A DNA stretch of 54,618 nucleotides, filler included, from Catajapyx aquilonaris (taxonomy: Eukaryota), in NCBI GenBank assembly GCA_000934665.2. It is 3 parts of 3 records of this genome, joined end to end, with 100 filler letters (N's around TTAATTAATTAA, not from the genome) between each part and the next. Parts side by side here need not be neighbours in the genome. Positions count along the whole stretch, not along the records: positions 1 to 18,140 come from JYFJ02006759.1; positions 18,241 to 36,374 come from KZ539587.1; 1 more part is not named here. The stretch is one strand, 5' to 3'. This document shows, one piece after another, positions 11,728-23,200 of this stretch. The position numbers and the translations under genes are program-made. The first letter of the stretch is position 1. The number at the start of each line of letters is the position of its first letter. The notes beneath the pieces were generated by a model, which worked only from the letters and a program-made list of their open reading frames with translations, was not told the DNA's origin and made no database searches.

Positions 11728-14700
11728 ATGGGAGCCTGTGGGTCTGCAGTCCGGTAAGTTTTTACTAAGAATTAGTCAGTAGATCAGGTTGACTACTTGT
11801 AAGTAGGTTATGCTAAAAAGTGTTACTTTTCGAGCTCAATAATTCTCATAAAGCTTGCATGCACCAGGAACTGTATTAATAATCTTCCAACGATGTTTTG
11901 CACATTTGTATTGCAGCCCGCAAGTAAACCCTATTGCATCCAAACCCCAACCAGAATCCACAGCAGTCATTGTGAAATCTCCATATGTGAACAATGCACC
12001 CCTAGTGCCACTACAGTCACTTTGGTCTTTTTTGAACGAAAGGATACAGCAAGTCGCCATGAGGGAAGATAAAGAATGGCTGGTGAGGTGTATTCACATA
12101 ATATGAAATCGGTCTCACTAATTTTCTACTGAATGTTAGACTATAATAATCCATGCATGCTGTGGCAGACTATAAGAGTTGTACTACCATCGCATGCACT
12201 GAATTTTGAATTCCCACGTGAAATGTAAGAAATGCAGTAGCCCTGTCATATTACAGAGGGATGTGTGGACAGGTGATACCCTCCGTTACTCTGAACTGGA
12301 ACCACTGTCACGCAGTGTCACTACTGGTCTTCACAAGAGGGGTTTCTCCCCTGGCGACACCCTCATTTTCACAACCTCCAACTGCACCTTCCTATATGTG
12401 GTGGCCATGAGTGTCTGGAGACTCAATGGGATCCTCAGAGCTTCATATCCAGAAGACAGTGCCGGTTGGCTCCAGTTCACTGGGTCTGTTTTCATTAACC
12501 TAACGCATTCTCACCTTTATATTGCAGACACACTTTTGGTGCGGCTGATTGAATCTGAGGCTAAGTTCATCCTCTGTGATAAAGATACAGCCTCAAGGGC
12601 GCTCATGGCTACACAGGGAGCACATTGGGAAGTACATGTTTTTGCCATGGGGGAAGTTGATGGATGCACTCCATTGGAAGAATTGCTGCAAGATGATTGT
12701 GATTGTACGCAAGTATACTGTACAGTGTGATCAGATTATTTTTTAAACTAGTGATGGTCATTAATTATTTTCCATGAAACCAGCATTCCCTGGAGATGCT
12801 GAGGTGAATCCAGAGAGTGACCCAATTTATGTGCCTACTACAAGCGGAACAATCGGCATCAGCAAAGGCCCTGTGCACACCCATTTCTCCTTCATTTCCT
12901 GCCTCATTCAAGGAATGTGAGTATCCACATGAAACTGCCTCTAACAGTTTGATTTTGTTAGGCAGAGTTGGCTTGCATGATTTATAGCATGGCCAAGTGC
13001 TGAGTTCCATGCCTACTCCACCACCAGGCTGCTACCAGAACAATCAAATGGGAGACATCTGCTCTGCTCCCGTTGCCACCACTTTGCTGGCTTCCTGGCT
13101 CCACTTTTAGCACTTCTCAGAGGTGAGCAGATTCTAACCATGACCCAGTTCGACGCCAGGGCAGCTCTTCAAGCCATTCAGGACCATGGACCATCCAGTG
13201 TAATTGGACTTCTGCCAGCACTGCTTCAGATGGCGAGAGAACCCATCAGACAAAAGCAAGACCACTCAGGAGTGCTCACTATGGTCACTGGAGGTTCTCT
13301 CATTTCTCCAGAGGATGAAGATGAACTCTTGAACAGTTTTCAGTCCTTAAAAGCTGTTTATATTGTAAGGACACGTTTAAAATACTTGTTATGCAATAGA
13401 CCCCCAATATAAGAGTTTTATTACACTAAAAGTAACAACAGAATTAATGCCTAAAATCTTTCCAGTATTATGGCATGGCAGAATGTTTCCTGACTACTTC
13501 CACAATTCCATTTTACACCATAGACCAATGGACTATACCAGGTTTGTTGTGTCTGTCAATTGGCATGTAAAATTTATTGCACTTAATACTGAAGCTACTA
13601 TAAGCACATAAATACTTGCACAAAGCATGCTTCTCATGACAATGGCAAGGGTTTTGTCCCCATTTTGCAACTTTAATGTTCAACTTACTACCCAAACTTC
13701 CACTTGCACCTGCACAAAATTCCACATTTCTCCAATGCATCATAGATTCCACCTCATTTCTATAAAATGAGGGTCACACTTCCTCCAGATTCCCTCCTCT
13801 AGTACTTTACTATACCTATCCTTTGTAATCATTCCCACTGTACAATACAAGGCCAATGATAACAATAATTAGACCTACTCATGTCAGAAAAGCCCAGAGG
13901 AACTGTGGGTCTTCTCCTACCATACACTGAAGCCCGGGTAGTTTCACTGGAGGACGGATATCCACTGGGACCAAATGAACGAGGAGAAATTTGCATCCGT
14001 AGTCCTACACTCATGCCTGGTTACTGGAGAAGACCTGATGTATGGCTGGAATTATCATAAAAAATGTCCAGTGGTTTCAGAAAGTAGTATTTGTAATACA
14101 GTATTTTGAAATATGTAGCCTACATAGTGCCATACTTTTGTCATTTTCCATGCAAGTAATTTTCAGTACGCCTACTGCTTTTTCTCCTTGTAAATGGAGT
14201 CCCACAACCATACAAATATTTGAGTAACTTTTCCAGAAAGTGAAATTAGCAACATGTTGAATCCACTGGACAATGTGATCTATCTTATAGTGTGACTGGT
14301 ACCCACAGTATTTGACCTATTCTCAGGTGACCACAAAGACCATACATGGCAATTGGTTATGTTCTGGTGATTATGGCTACTTTGACAGCAATGGATTCTT
14401 CTTTGTTACTGATCGAATCAAAGAGGTGTTTGTCCACTGGGGAAGATATGTAAGTTATATCATTTTTGCACACAGCACTAGTAACTATGTAGCCTAATTA
14501 TTATAGAAAGCGCAGCACATAAAAATAATATCAGTTTGAGATATGGTCAAGGCACAATATTCAGTAACACCAAGAGATACATTAATTATAATGAAATGGA
14601 GTTAAAATGCAAAGATTCTACTATATCCAACATATTTCACAATAAATCTTGCTTGTGCTGCTGACAATATTATACAGCCTGTGGAGTTATTTTTCAAAAT

Positions 14701-15103
14701 AAATCAAATTGTTCAGAGAGGTTTTTGCATCCTTCAGTAGAGTAATACACAGTGACATAATTGCCAGATATCACCGTCTGAGATGGAAAAAATAATCTCT
14801 CAGCACCCTGGTGTTCAAGAAGTTGCGGTCATAGGCATTCCTGATCCAGCAGCCGGGAGTCAGGCACGTGCATATGTTGTCATGCGCCCCAATGCCTCTG
14901 GAACTGTCACTTCCAAAGCGCTTCAAGATCTGGTGGCTCAAGCATCATCTCAAAGACTGCAACTGGGAGCAGGTGTTGTCTTTGTTGATGAGTTACAACG
15001 TGACAAGATGGGAAGAATTAACAAGCAGGAGCTGAGAGCTATTGCAGAGGAGGAAAGCATGGCTCAAACTGCATATGCTGCTGACCCAGAGAAAAGAAAC
15101 TGA
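11728..15103 (+). CDS. Luciferase/4-coumarate:CoA-ligase-like acyl-CoA synthetase (ANL adenylating enzyme family), 10 exons, about 582 aa
   Basis: Exons 11728-11753, 11917-12082, 12257-12464, 12528-12704, 12784-12916, 13028-13364, 13466-13541, 13873-14039, 14327-14449 and 14768-15103, all GT-AG and phase-compatible; 1749 nt with no internal stop. Motifs: TTSGTIGISKGPVHTH, YGMAE, GEICIRSPTLMPGYW, WLCSGDYGY, DRIK, SPSEMEKIISQHPGVQEVAVIG. AATAAA at 15114-15119. The 26-nt first exon is the least certain. Confidence 0.9.
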
Positions 15104-15989
15104 GATTTGCAGAAATAAAGTGAAACAAAGTCATTGAAAGTGTTTGATTTTATTCAACATCCCTCGTTCTGATTGCACTCTAACTGTACCAATATTGATT
15201 CCAAAATTTTGGTAGCAACAAGTAGGTAAAATTGAGGGTGATCAGATTTTTGAGCAATGCCATTGTAGATTGGTGTCTGCAGCTATAGGTTTACAGGTAT
15301 TTCCACATACAGGGTGGTGTAGTGGTTAGCTGAGGTCCTGTGTTTGGTCACAAGACTGGACAAAAAAAAATTCCCATGTGAAAATAGTTGCAATGGGTTT
15401 GTCTGTATCACGCTCTTCTAGGCCTGCGGCCTGAACATGTCGTTCCATAAAGGGAACTGACTCTGTAAACAACTTCACAGTAGTGCCAACTGGGCAACAA
15501 TACAGAGAAAGGAATGGATAGTTTCCCCGGCAACCCAACAGAAGAGTTGTTTACACCCCATGGTGCAGAGTAGAACATGGGCCAATGGGGAGGTCGCGGT
15601 AACATTATGCGGCGGACCAATCAGAGGGCTCGGCCAACTCCTGCAAGGATTTTAATATTATAGAAGATAGCAGAACTCTTTGATCTCAACCTGGTGCTAA
15701 ACACTGTTGCTGAGGGGATGGCTTTCAACAAGCTCTGCCTGGTAAGATCAAATATTTGGTAAGATGGCGTCTCCTTTCCTTACCCCGGTGATTCTAGCAC
15801 CATGGTGCTGCACTGAACTGCAGGGGTACCAACTTCTGCATTTTACGATTTTTAATTTTTTAATTTTAAATTAATAATTCCACGTATTACGCTTGTAAAC
15901 AGTGTTGGGATCACGTGTAGATTTATTTCAAAATTTTAAGACTGATATATCTTCCGCAAAAAATTAAAGTACACATGAAATTATGCAAC

Positions 15990-16617
15990 ATGGCCAAAAA
16001 AAAAATCACGGCAAGTTCGGCGCACCTGATATTGTCACTATTCCTCAAGGTATGGACAGGTAGTGTCCCCAGGCACCCGGTGTCACCAAAAAATGGAGGG
16101 GCAAACGCATGTGTGTGGCGCCAGATGGGCGCCAGTCCGCCCCCTCCGACTATGCCATACGTGCACGACCTTACTGGGCAAAAAAAATCACAGCAAATCA
16201 CGCGCACCAGATCTTGTCACCATTGCGCAAGGTATGGACAGGTAGTGTCCCCAGGCACCCGGTGTCACCAAAAAATGGAGGGGCAAACGCATGTGTGCGG
16301 CGCCAGATGGGCGCCAGTCCGCCCCCTCCGACTATGCCATACGTGCACGACCTTACTGGACAAAAAAAATCACAGCAAATCACGCGCACCAGACCTTGTC
16401 ACCATTGCGCAAGGTATGGACAGGTAGTGTCACCAGGCACCCGGTGTCACCAAAAAATGGAGGGGCAAACGCATGTGTGTGGCGCCAGATGGGCGCCAGT
16501 CCGCCCCCTCCGACTATGCCATACGTGCACGACCTTACTGGACAAAAAAAATCACAGCAAATCACGCGCACCAGATCTTGTCACCATTGCGCAAGGTATG
16601 GACGGGTAGTGTCCCCA
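15990..16617 (+). repeat. 182-bp tandem repeat, about 3.5 copies (left arm of a foldback-like structure)
   Basis: AAGGTATGGAC recurs at 16047, 16229, 16411 and 16593 (period 182); units are near-identical. Confidence 0.95.
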
Positions 16618-16897
16618 GCTAATTGAACTCTTATGGAGCAATCAGTTTTACCAGATTAAATTTAGTTATCGAGATATTAATATTTCTTTTCAAGGGTACC
16701 AAAATCACAATCGCGCGAAGACGCACTTTTTCCCGCTTCTTCCATTGCTTCTAATGACTATACCTCGGGAACTGTTCTGAGAGTCAACATGAAATTTTAA
16801 ACACATGCTTTTGGAATATCACGCTGTCATTTAATGCTTAAATTTACCTCATTTAATGGTACAATCACCTGCAAAAAAATCACAAATCTTGCATATT

Positions 16898-16899
<2 letters not shown>

Positions 16900-16969
<70 letters not shown>
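16900..16969. repeat. (TA)n microsatellite
   Basis: About 35 TA units. Confidence 0.98.
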
Positions 16970-16972
<3 letters not shown>

Positions 16973-17638
16973 AAAATGCGCATATTTCGCAATTTATTAC
17001 GCAGTTATGGCAAACGTGGCGGTTGTACTGACTGCTGATAATATTTTATGACATAATCGGTGACCCCCTCCAGGTTATAAAATAAAACCTTCGTTAGTTC
17101 CGCGTGTAGTTGAGATATGAGAGGTGAAAATATGGCAACAAGCGAAAACATGCATAAGTTATTTCAAAAATTATTTTCTCAAAAAAGCCATTTGTAATAT
17201 TTTATTTTTATTTCTTATTTTACAAGGACGGACATGTTATAAAATTAACTGATGTCAAAACCCGGTATATATTTCTTAAACGTGAGATATAAATTTTTGA
17301 AAAGTGAAAACTTTCGAAATTGTGCTACAATATGCACACCGCTTAAAATAAATATTTTCTCGAGGAAGTAATTTTGAAAATTTAGTCGTAATTTGTTGTG
17401 TAACAAAGTAGCATGAGGTCGATTATAAAATTATATCAAAATTCGGTATATACAGTATTTCTATTGAGTGAGATACGAATTTTTTCACAGACCTGATTAT
17501 TGTTTCTATGCAACAACATGCACATTTCAAAAATTAATATCTGGAAAACGGCATTTTTAATAATATGCAATATCCTTTTATATTTCATAAAGGAAAGACC
17601 GGTTCCGTCATAAAATAATATAAAAACCTGGTATAGTG

Positions 17639-18140
17639 ACATAGTCGGAGGGGGCGGACTGGCGCCCATCTGGCGCCACACACAAGCGTTTGCCCCTCCA
17701 TTTTTTGGTGACACCGGGTGCCTGGTGACACTACCTGTCCATACCTTGCGCAATGGTGACAAGATCTGGTGCGCGTGATTTGCTGTGATTTTTTTTGTCC
17801 AGTAAGGTCGTGCACGTATGGCATAGTCGGAGGGGGCGGACTGGCGCCCATCTGGCGCCACACACATGCGTTTGCCCCTCCATTTTTTGGTGACACCGGG
17901 TGCCTGGTGACACTACCTGTCCATACCTTGCGTAATGGTGACAATATCTGGTGCGCGGAACTTGCTGTGATTTTTTTTGTCCAGTCAGGTCGTGCACGTA
18001 TGGCATAGTCGGAGGGGGCGGACTGGCGCCCATCTGGCGCCACACACATGCGTTTGCCCCTCCATTTTTTGGTGACACCGGGTGCCTGGTGACACTACCT
18101 GTCCATACCTTGCGCAATGGTGACAAGGTCTGGTGCGCGT
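17639..18140 (-). repeat. Same 182-bp tandem repeat in inverted orientation, about 2.8 copies, cut by an assembly gap
   Basis: Reverse complement of the 15990-16617 unit; runs into the N gap at 18141. Confidence 0.95.
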
Positions 18141-18240
18141 NNNNNNNNNNNNNNNNNNNNNNNNNNNNNNNNNNNNNNNNNNNNTTAATTAATTAANNNN
18201 NNNNNNNNNNNNNNNNNNNNNNNNNNNNNNNNNNNNNNNN
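18141..18240. other. Assembly gap with TTAATTAATTAA linker
   Basis: 100-bp N block with a central TTAATTAATTAA; the same construct occurs at 36375-36474. Confidence 0.95.
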
Positions 18241-19920
18241 GAACAGTTACTTTTACCCCAAGGCAGCTTAGTCTACTAGTTTCCGAGGTGTCTAGTCGTC
18301 TGGCACCCTGGACTTGGACACCCGGCGCCGCGCCTATTATGGCTCCACTGATCCGGGCGCGTATCCGGGTTTCTTGTCCAGAGGCAATTCGCGGTCTCAA
18401 AAAACTAGTGCACGTTCTTACTATTAGCATGTAATATTTTAAAAGTAACTGTTCGAAAGTAACTTCTCCACGATAAACAACTTAGTGCGAAAAATTCGCA
18501 ATGTGAAACTGACCCTTCAATTGGAAGCCACTCAGCACGTGCCACCTCCTGCGTGGAATTATTGTTCATGTATCTTGCATAAAATTGGCAACCCTGGCTT
18601 TTCCGAGCCGTTTGCGAATTTTTGAACCTTCGTAGATTGGCACGCAGATAGTGACCGGGCCACTCATCAAATTTCAGGCCATCATGGGCCTGCTATACTT
18701 TGACTCGACATGCTAATGATGAGTTATCTGGGCGCATTTCTCCCATTTAACATATATATTTCCTCGTACATGTCGTTGGATTTGATTTTATATGTCAATG
18801 ACAGTGTGTCGAGGAATCTGGAAAAAAATCTGCATATTTTTCACCGCATCCAGGAATTTGTAATTAAAGTTTGAAAATTCAACTTTTCCATAAGAAAAAG
18901 GTGGGAGCCCTGAGGGAATGGCCGTGGGTACGTCACAGTTCTGAGAAGAGAAGAGGGTGGTGGGAGGTGACGTCAAAAAACCGGCTCAGCGGCTAGTGGG
19001 CCAGCCATACTAAGAGCAACTCTTCAAGCGGCCGTGTCCTCTCCTCCATAGACTTATCGGGTCATGACCCCGCGTCCTTCTTGCAACCCTTTTCCAATCC
19101 TCCCCCAAGCCACCTACCCTTGACCCCCAGAGTGAGGGACTCCATAAATAGGAGTTGGACTGGTGGGCACAGGCGACAGGCCTCTTTTACCCTCCTTCCT
19201 TCCTTTCTTCCTTCCTACGCCTTCTCACTGTATTTATGTATCATATTGTAATATACTAGTTATTAGCCCACCTGTGTACGTTATTCCCACCTATCCCCAA
19301 CGTACCGTTACAATATCCATTCATTTCCACCACTGTACGTAAGTAGCAGAGTAGCTTAAAACGCCCATCGATTCGCAGTTTTGGATGCTTATGTGGTCCA
19401 CGATGAGAGAGTTGTTATCATTCCCACTAGCTTCTTCTATAGACCTCTCCAAGACTCCAACCCTCATTACACTCCTCGAGTCTCCTTGTCCTTTGTCTGC
19501 AAGTGTTATTCTAAGGGTGCAAACAGGTCCTGATGATAGGCTCTGAGTAGTGACTCCCTCACTTCAACATTTACCTGTACTTTGACAACTAAGCGCTAAG
19601 GTAGCAGAAACATTAGTATACCGAGTAAAGTGGATCTAGTCTAGACTTCGGATTATTTTGCTTGGGGCCAACATAATTCATTTAACTTATGTAGATATGC
19701 AGTCATCATTCGTGACTCTGGTTGGCTCTGAAACGAGAAACCAAATAGTAGACCTGGTCTAGACGGGATTTAGTTTACTCGGAAGATCGTAAATGATCTC
19801 AAAGATGCTGCCTATAGATACGACTCAAATATCACTGACATGTTGATATGAATGTTGTAAAATCTATACCATGTTTACTCCGACAAAGCAATATTGCCAT
19901 GACTTTTTCTAGAGCTCCTT

Positions 19921-20264
19921 TTTTACCCCATTAGAGGGAGATAAGCCCTTTTAGGTTCTACCCCCATTATTTTGAGTTTTCTCATAATTTTCTGTTTTTC
20001 TTCAGACTCCGGTGCAGGGAAATCAAGGACAATGGGTAAGGATATGGATTGTTGGGGAGGGAACGTACGTGCAAGTGTAATACGTACCGATAAATGGGTC
20101 ATGTGCTGTTCCCCAAGAGGTTAGGTTGCCAGACACCTCCTTGGTGCAGGTCAGAGACCCTCCTGACGCAGGTGAAAGGAAAGTTCCCCAGGCGGGGATC
20201 GAACCTGGGGCCTTTCACTCAGCAAGCCGTGACGTTACCATCTCGGCCACCACACTTGCTCCCC
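19921..20264 (-). mobile_element. tRNA-derived SINE, full length
   Basis: The minus strand has A box TGGCCGAGATGG, B box GGTTCGATCCC and a short poly(A) end. Flanked by the direct repeat GACTTTTTCTAGAGCTCCTT (19901-19920, 20265-20284). A second copy lies at 27673. Confidence 0.9.
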
Positions 20265-23200
20265 GACTTTTTCTAGAGCTCCTTGCCTTGAAATTATTCT
20301 GAAATATTGTTAAAGCACATTGCTCTGTATATTTTAAAGAAAACTAAAAGCGAGTATGTTCTATCCTTGCAGCGGCTGAAATCAATAATACGCACAATAA
20401 AATAGGTAGCATCTATAAAATCATTTGTGCGGCAATCGAGTGAACTGGAGGGGAAACTCATTGCAAAGCAGTCAATTTGCTCACAAAAGGCTGCCCTAGC
20501 AACTACAATAAAGCTTCATTAAACTGTCTGATCCCTATACCATCACGCATGAGAACCAATATTGGTATTGCAGCAAGATGGAACACGACCTGTAACGAAC
20601 GCAGCAGGTGCAAAAATATTATTGCCAGAAAACATCGACTGGGTGTAACTATAAAATCCTATTATTTTTCCGCCGCGAAGACCTTCATTCGCCGCGTTCA
20701 TTGGCGCTTTCAGCACGTCCGCACTAATTACACGAGACAGATTATAAACATGGGTTTACAAACGAGTTCTCAAAATGTGAAAAGACTGGCGACCACTCCA
20801 AGAAAACATGTGGTGGGGAGAGTTGGGTGAGGGAATTATGATTGCTATAGAAATTGCTCGGAAATGGCTATAATTAGACTGTCATTACTTCGCATGGCTT
20901 GTTGCTGCCCAAATCTCAATTAACCGTGTAGTGGATAATGCAGAGGTTAGCCGGGGTTTCAAAACTGGGAAACAACTTTGACAGATGCATGGAAACTGGT
21001 CGGCATGAGGCGGTACAACTGCAAGCTTACGTGAATTATGGGATAACTTCGGCAACATTACAAGTACCCAGGAAGATCGTTTTTTGTTCTCAGAACTCTA
21101 AAGAACCAGAAAATGGATACTGCAAGAATTCATTTTCAACTGGGATGCTGGATATCCGCATTGGCGTTACCATAAGTTACAGCAGCAAGTGTAGTAAGAA
21201 GAAGGAGCAATCTGACGATGACAGTCATAATTATTAATTTAAAATAGGCCCATGAATTCATCATTTACAGAAGTTATTCCTTGACCATGTCATTGCTATA
21301 CTTATTATTCATGACTGAACAGTGTAGTGGAAATTATTCATGTTTCTATAACAGTTGTTCTGGTGTGAAGTGCTGACGTCTTTTGGCCTGTACCGGGCCT
21401 GTACTGATTTCAAGCTATCTCCTTTTCTTCTTTAATTCTTCGCCTTAATACTGCAGTGTTTGTCTTGTCCGCTAATTTAAGAGCTGCTTATCTTGATAAC
21501 GTGAGCTGCATGAAGGATTTACGCCTACCTACGTCTTTCGTGTTTTTATGAGGCTATTGGCCTCTTGCCTCTCACATTTTAGCCACTGTGACTAAAGAGA
21601 CGAACTCGTATGTTACCTTATGGCGTTTACACCAATACAATACTGCAACATTAACTCCCTCGCAATAACCCTCTCCCTGCATCCTACTTATGGCAGCGCT
21701 TCGTGGTGTTTATGAATTATTGTTATGTATATTGGTACGATGTTTTAAGCCACTCGTTTCAGAAACAAGTCCGAATTACGACATTTAACCGATACTGTCA
21801 ACTTTGCAATTATTTACTAGAAATTATCAGCCAATAAATGTGCCAAATTGCTGAGTCAATTATTCTGATACTGTATAAAAATCCAGATAAAATAATAATT
21901 GTGTGGCTATGGATAGGCATTTATCCGCATATTATTGGGCCTAGAGAGGCCGATATTTTTCTCATATTTTAGGAAAGAACAGAGCAGAAAGACAGGCCAA
22001 TTTGTATGTTCTTTTCTGATCATTCTAAGTATTGAAGTTCTATTGAACAAATTCCCTTATTATGGTTGATAAAGTTCGAAACCGTAGTGTTTCCACAGAC
22101 TTTGAGACAGAACTAGGGTTCTCTTAGGTACATGCCAGTCCATCCGGAATTACCAAAATCAATAGGACAAAGCCGGTAATTAAGAGTTTATCCCGACTGT
22201 CTTTTTCCGGCCGAAACTTTTTAGGTGCTTACAACTTAACACTCTGCGAAGGCTACAAACCTTGTCTTCTCTCCAAGCTGCACTTTCCTCCAGAAGAAGA
22301 GGGAGGGGATGGGAGAAGAGATGAAACAGGAGCACTTTTCCCAACACCCCTTTTATCATTATGTTGCTCTGTTCTGCTCCCAAATTTTTCTTTGCAACTA
22401 CGAAATAATGCAACAAATAAACTAGCAGCCAAGTATGAATTTTTTTTTTGCGGGCACTTTGTAACACTCTGGGTGAGAAGCTGCTAAGGTAATAAGCTAC
22501 TATACTGCTCATGTAAGAAAATGGGGTAGAAGCACATTTCGTTACATGAACATAAAAGTATGGCCTATGCAATTTGCTTATACTGTGTAAGAATCTTGGG
22601 AAGAGAAGTACAGTACTTACCAAAAGGACCTTTGCATTCTGTTGACACTAACTTGAAGGGCTGAAAAAAATAGGAAAATATACACTGTCAACTTTCAACT
22701 GATACAATTCAAAAGCAAAAAACTCAGTTATTTAAGCGCTCTATGCATATAACATCAAAACGCTTTATAAATGGCGTCGAGAAGCTCCGAAACTGACGAT
22801 TCTTTTTTTTCCTTCCTTCCCGGCGGAAGTTTCAAGCGTGAGTGAGGCAGAAGTGAAAAATTGCTCCGACATTTTGCGAGCTTATGGTTTCTGAGCAAAA
22901 ATTTCCTCCAGATGATAAAGACGAATCCGGGCTGCGTTTTTTTACTTTTCGTAGTTCCTGAAACCTAATTTAAATCACACGCGCACAAACCCACAACGGT
23001 ATCTAAAAAAACCCGTACGGAAAAGGAAGAAGCTCAAGACGTCTAGGAAACAGGAGGATAAAAAAAAAAACCTCATCAGTAAATCCTGTGTCGGGTTGAG
23101 CCGTACTCACGTTACGCTCACTCTGTCAAGCTGGAAAGTGTCTCATAACATCGCATCCTGTGCATTAGGCCGGGGGAAAGAGGAGGGGAAATATAATTCT

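Noticed and set aside
15314..15345. tRNA-like A box GTGGTGTAGTGGTTAG
   Set aside because: No B box or cloverleaf follows.
15400..15668. Possible Helitron 5' end on the minus strand (A|TCTTCTATAATATTAAAA) and paired CCAAT boxes at about 15582 and 15617
   Set aside because: No matching hairpin-CTAG|T 3' end and no gene to assign a promoter to; too weak to call.
15923..18196. Many overlapping 60-166 aa ORFs and a superficially CRISPR-like periodicity
   Set aside because: The ORFs are translations of the 182-bp repeat. The units are contiguous with no unique spacers and no cas genes, in a eukaryotic context.
18141..18240. TTAATTAATTAA motif inside N runs (also 36375-36474)
   Set aside because: The same 100-bp construct occurs twice, centred in Ns: a scaffolding linker, not biology.
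18241..18454. 14-bp inverted repeat GAACAGTTACTTTT / AAAAGTAACTGTTC
   Set aside because: The left side abuts the gap, so termini and TSD cannot be assessed.
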